The notes under the pieces are model-generated. The model was not told the DNA's origin and did not search any database. It saw only the letters and a list, made by a program, of their open reading frames with translations. Source: Octopus sinensis (lineage: Eukaryota). Taken from it: DNA of 27,064 nucleotides. Below are positions 21,952-27,064 of this stretch, piece by piece (positions within the stretch are counted from its first letter, which is position 1; every line of letters begins with the position of its first letter). The translations under genes were made by a program, and so were the position numbers. The stretch spans positions 1 to 27,064 of the forward strand of contig NW_021835598.1 of assembly GCF_006345805.1 (NCBI RefSeq). Reading direction: 5' to 3'.

Positions 21952-23034
21952 ATTATACTCGGCAGTTAATACAATTTGACAACCGGTAATAATATCTTTC
22001 CTGCCAAAAAGATATTTTCTGAATGAATAATTTTTTTTCTCCTGGAAGATGCAATAACTCACTATTTAATATGTAAGTCCGGTCCCTTTGATCCGTAATA
22101 TGGAACAGAAAGAACACAGATCGTGTTAGAGCTCAAAGGCCACAACAGTTGTTAAAAAAAGGAGCTCTTAGTCATACTATTCCAGAACTGATATTTTCAC
22201 GAGACGCATCCATCAAAACAACTTAGTCTTGTCCGATAGGAAAATATCTGCTCCATCGTGTTGACCAACTGTTAGCTTGCACAACAGTGTACTTTCAATC
22301 AAAGACTCGTAATGAAGTTTGGTCGCTTCTATTTGGAGTCTAAATGTTTTTTACTAGATAAATGTATAATTTCTGTTACTCTATGTTATGTTAGTGGTTT
22401 AAGAAATGCATAAAAACAATATTCTTTCCCGTATTATGTGTTATTTAGTTAAATACATAGCTATGATTAATGCAAAATTATGAAGACATTCAGTCGTCGA
22501 TAATGAATTTCATTTATAAATTTGTTTCGTTATGTTTTCTGTCTTACAATATTACAATATCACAAAATATATATTGAATAAGAATAAATACGTGTAAGAG
22601 ATTAAAGTACAAGTCTTACTTTAAAGGCTAATCCATAATAGTTGTTAAATTTGGTAAGATGTGAAACTAGAAGAGTGTTTTTATATGAGTTGTTTGTAGA
22701 AAAAATATGATTTCATTATCTATAAAAAATGAAATCCTTTTCTTTTTCTCTTCATTGAGCACTTTGAATAAGGTTTCCATTGATTTCTTTAGCTAATAGT
22801 GTGACTAAGAGCTCCATTTTGCGTAAATTACAGGCTCTCTTATTTCGTGTATATGAGTTAGCTCGAAAAGAAAGCTGTACTATCATATGTAGTTCCAGAT
22901 ATATTGGGAGAGTAATGTTTCATCTCTCCAGTTAGAGATTCTAGATATTTAGAGGTTGTTAAATCATATCCTATGAAATGGAAAATTTAAGCCTATGTAC
23001 GCATGGGGTAAATTGCTAGTTTGTAAAGTTACAG

Positions 23035-23375
23035 TATTCATTTTGCAACCACGTGGCTTCGTGTTCTGTCCCACTGTGTAGCGTCTTGGACAAGAGTCTC
23101 CTACAATAATTTTGTGCGTTAATTTGGGAGACGGAATCTGTGTAAAATTCCGTCGTGATTATGTATGTGTGTCTCTGAAATTTAATTATGTCCACACCAC
23201 GTTTAAAAACCGGTCTTCGTTTGTTTAATCCCTGTAACTGAGCAATTTTGCCTCTGAGAACATAAGAGTAAGTATCGTACTTGAAAAACAAATACTAGAT
23301 CGAATGGTTCGACGAAAACCCCTTCAAGACCATGCTGCAGCATAGCCACACTCAATCAATTGAAACAAGTTAAAG
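23035..23375 (+). mobile_element. Highly diverged SINE family B
   Basis: CAACCACGTGGCTTCGTGTTCTGTCCCACTGTGTAGCGTCTTGGACAAG ... CAGCATAGCCAC...TGAAACAAGT. Confidence 0.7.
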
Positions 23376-23699
23376 GTAATGGAAAATACGTGCGATTCTA
23401 GATATTTTGAATTAAGGGGTAGAATGTCAGGGTTAAAGAAACTTCAAATTGGTTGCCATTGTATTTATCAGAAAATCGAAAATTGCGCATATACTGGGGA
23501 TAACCAAGACTTCCTAGAAAATTTGGGGTGGTAAAAGAAGAGATGCAGATATAGTTATTGAACATTTCACAATAATTTTGCTGAATGGAAAGGATTTTTA
23601 GAGGTAATTTAAAAAAAAAAATCTTAGTTTTAGGAAAGATACTCAGCTTACAAACATATACATATAATACATAAATTATATGTACGTATATTTATTGTG

Positions 23700-23726
23700 T
23701 GTGCATATACATAGATACATACATAT

Positions 23727-23770
<44 letters not shown>

Positions 23771-23872
23771 CACATAGGGAAAGACAAAGATAGATAGATA
23801 CATACATACGTACATACATATATAACTATATATACTTACAGATGTATATAGGTATATACATTTATACATATA

Positions 23873-23908
<36 letters not shown>

Positions 23909-23932
23909 TGTATGTATCTATCTATCCATCTG

Positions 23933-23969
<37 letters not shown>

Positions 23970-23978
23970 GTATCTATA

Positions 23979-24009
<31 letters not shown>

Positions 24010-24250
24010 ATATATATATTTATATATATATATGTATATATATATACATATCGTATTTATCGAAGTGTAACTATATTGTCTATATGTCTATATATCTATC
24101 TTTATGCATGCATAATATAAATATACACATACATATATTTATATGTGCTTATGTATACATATATATGATGTACGTGAAAATATGTACATATATATATATA
24201 TTTATACAAATATATGCACACACATACACCCACATACAGGTATATGCATA
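23700..24250. repeat. Compound (TA)n/(TATG)n/(TATC)n low-complexity tract
   Basis: Seen directly. Confidence 0.9.
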
Positions 24251-24744
24251 AACATCTAAAGAATATATTTCTATAAGGGTATTGTCCATAACAGAAGCGC
24301 GTATCCCATATAGTTCCGTCGTATATGTGGATCACAAAGGTACACGCGATCATTGTACTATATGGCGCCTTGACAAGCCAGCTTCTATATAATATTCCAC
24401 TTCATTTCCAGACTCATTTGCCTGTTCTCTGTGTTCTGAATATGAGTGGTATGGTATATCTACAAAGTTCTCAACAGAACGTATACATACATACGTATAT
24501 ATATAGAGAGATATAGATATAAACGTACATAGGTACGTATATATATAAATATATTACACTATATTATATGATGCATATTTGAAAATATATCATATTATAT
24601 CATATATATGCAGATATATGTATTGTGCGTGCGCATGTATGCGCTTATTATTATCTGCATGTCTATGTGTGAGCGGGGTTTTCAATTGTCTATATATAAG
24701 AAGATAGATATTACATACGTGTATTCATAAACGAATGCACACGT

Positions 24745-24935
24745 ATACATGTATGCATTTATGCATGCGTGTATGCCTACATATACATATATAGTACATA
24801 CATATACATATATATATTTATATTTGTGTATATATATGAGTGTGTGTGTGTATCTATATACACACCCATATATACATATCTATATATATACATACATAAA
24901 TATATATATGTCTGCATATATCTACATATATACAT

Positions 24936-24974
<39 letters not shown>

Positions 24975-24979
24975 CATGC

Positions 24980-25010
<31 letters not shown>

Positions 25011-25216
25011 CATACATATGCATATATATATATACATATATATATATATGTGTGTATATATATATATACATACATATATATATACATACATATATATATA
25101 TTTATATATATATATATATATACATATATATACATATACATATATATATACATATATACATATATATATATATACATATATATATATACATATATATATA
25201 CATATATATATACATT

Positions 25217-25247
<31 letters not shown>

Positions 25248-25272
25248 GTATATATATACACATATATATAGT
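24745..25272. repeat. Long interrupted (TA)n/(CA)n tract
   Basis: Seen directly. Confidence 0.95.
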
Positions 25273-25524
25273 ATGTCCGTAGTGTGATAGCATAGTGTGT
25301 GTGTAACCGAGCGTGTGTAGCGAGTAATGGATGCCTTCATACGTGTGTATCAATGTGATTTTATATAAGGTAGCAATTAACAGGCTTAACCATTTCTTTT
25401 TTTTTTATATTGTTCTTCCATTTGTAAACACAACGAATTTTCACACATTGAAGCATAGCACATATCCAAAACGTGTACATAATAAATATACACACACCCC
25501 ATATACACATTACACATTCACATA

Positions 25525-25574
<50 letters not shown>

Positions 25575-25878
25575 CGCGTACATTCTCACATTTGTAGACA
25601 CAGCCAGGAAAGAGAGAGAGGGGGAGGAGGGAGGGAGGGAGGGAGAGACGCACACACATGTACACAAATGATTCCAGAGCTCTCTTGCAATTTCTATAGA
25701 ATGATTCTATTGTATTCGTGGTACGGTATGGAAACAAAAGGACTGCAGACTTGGTGGAAGAAAAAGAATGGCTGAGCCAAAAAAAAAAAAAAAGAAAAAA
25801 AAAGGAAAAAAAGTAGATAACGCTGATAAATAGGAATGAATATGGAGAAAACGGAGAAGAAATGATGGTAGGAAAGAA

Positions 25879-25889
25879 TAGTAGTCGTT

Positions 25890-25930
<41 letters not shown>
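25879..25930. repeat. (TAG)n microsatellite
   Basis: Seen directly. Confidence 0.9.
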
Positions 25931-26083
25931 TTTACTACTTGTAGTCGTAGTGGAATTATTATTATATATATATATTAGAAGTAGTAGTAGTTGTATTTTT
26001 GTTGTAGTAGTAGTAGTTGCTGTAGTAGGATATTTCAGTGAAATACAACAAATATGAAAATATAAGAGAAGAAAAAGCTAGAA

Positions 26084-26122
<39 letters not shown>

Positions 26123-26237
26123 TGAACGAATGCGTGGGAAAGTAAAAGTAGGAATAAAATTCAAAATGAAATCATGAATGATACCAAAAAGAACGATAGA
26201 CAGGAAGGAAAATGAGAGAAAGAGAGGAAAATATAAC

Positions 26238-26287
<50 letters not shown>

Positions 26288-26294
26288 ATGTATA

Positions 26295-26500
26295 CATATA
26301 ATTAATCCAACATGAAAAAAAAAAAAAAAAACAAATAAAACAACACGAGACGTGGAACAAGTATAGTGTTATTGACGCTCAGGAAAGGAAAGATAGAAGG
26401 AGGATTTAACGTTTCAGCGGACCTCTTCATCAGAAACATAGAAAAGGTTCAAGGAAGGGAAGACGGAGAAAGGAAATCGCCAACGATACACACGCGGTCA
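26295..26500 (-). mobile_element. Penelope-like terminal fragment lying between (TA)n and (CA)n
   Basis: Carries a hammerhead core; homologous to 8815-8995. Confidence 0.6.
26405..26436 (-). ncRNA. Minimal hammerhead motif with intact core and weak stem II
   Basis: UUU-CUGAUGA-AGAGGUCCGCU-GAAAC-GUU-AAA; loopless palindromic stem III (AACGUU). Confidence 0.6.
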
Positions 26501-26538
26501 GACACACACACACACACACACACGCACACACATACACC

Positions 26539-26590
<52 letters not shown>

Positions 26591-26604
26591 TATGTATATA
26601 TATC

Positions 26605-27042
26605 GTTTACTTGTTTCAGTCATTAAACTGCAGCCACGCTGGAGTGGCACATAAAATGGTTTAGCCGAGTATATATCCACACCACTACTTATTTTCTTCT
26701 CCTACGTTTGGTATTTATTATATCTGCCATTGTTGGGTGAACCGGAAATTGAAGGGGCGGTAAACAAACCAATACCAGTTGTCAAGCGACAATGGGGGAC
26801 AAACACAAAAGCAAAGGCGAACACACATAGGTTCGTATACATACATACTTTTACATATATGTGTGTGTGTGTGTATGTGTGTATACATACGGCGGGGTTC
26901 TTTCTCTCAGCCAAATTCACTCACTAAGCTTTGGTTTGGTCGGTCTGTGACTATTGTAAAGAGGCACTTGTGTAAGGCGTCACGCTGTGGAACTGAACTT
27001 GGTGACATGTGATTAGGAAGCTAATGTGTTACCACACAGCTG
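26605..27042 (-). mobile_element. Diverged SINE family B
   Basis: TTTACTTGTTTCAGTCATT tail through ACCACACAGC head. Confidence 0.8.
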
Positions 27043-27064
27043 AATCTAAACGAAATAAATCAAA

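Noticed and set aside
22190-22340. Possible second mariner remnant on the minus strand
   Set aside because: Too degraded to support by eye.

Overview
Eukaryotic, AT-rich non-coding DNA saturated with microsatellites. The SINE families and repeat landscape suggest an octopus genome (inference). No intact cellular gene is supported, and nearly all ORFs in the track are translations of (TA)n/(CATA)n/(GA)n repeats or SINEs. The window is a mosaic of mobile elements: many copies of three tRNA-derived SINE families, the 3' end of a CR1/L2-group LINE, two R4/Dong-like endonuclease fragments next to trinucleotide repeats, and a decayed mariner split by a SINE. The most interesting signal is a set of five short segments carrying complete, degenerate or partial type I hammerhead ribozyme motifs, each 70-110 nt upstream of a 3' end that abuts a (TA)n/(CA)n tract. 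This is the architecture expected of Penelope-like retroelement termini or their non-autonomous derivatives. Also noted: a LINE/SINE shared 3' tail with a covarying stem-loop, a filled/empty SINE site pair, and two (TA)n-centred fold-backs plus a tandem duplication that may be long-read or assembly artefacts. Element boundaries are approximate because they were read by eye.
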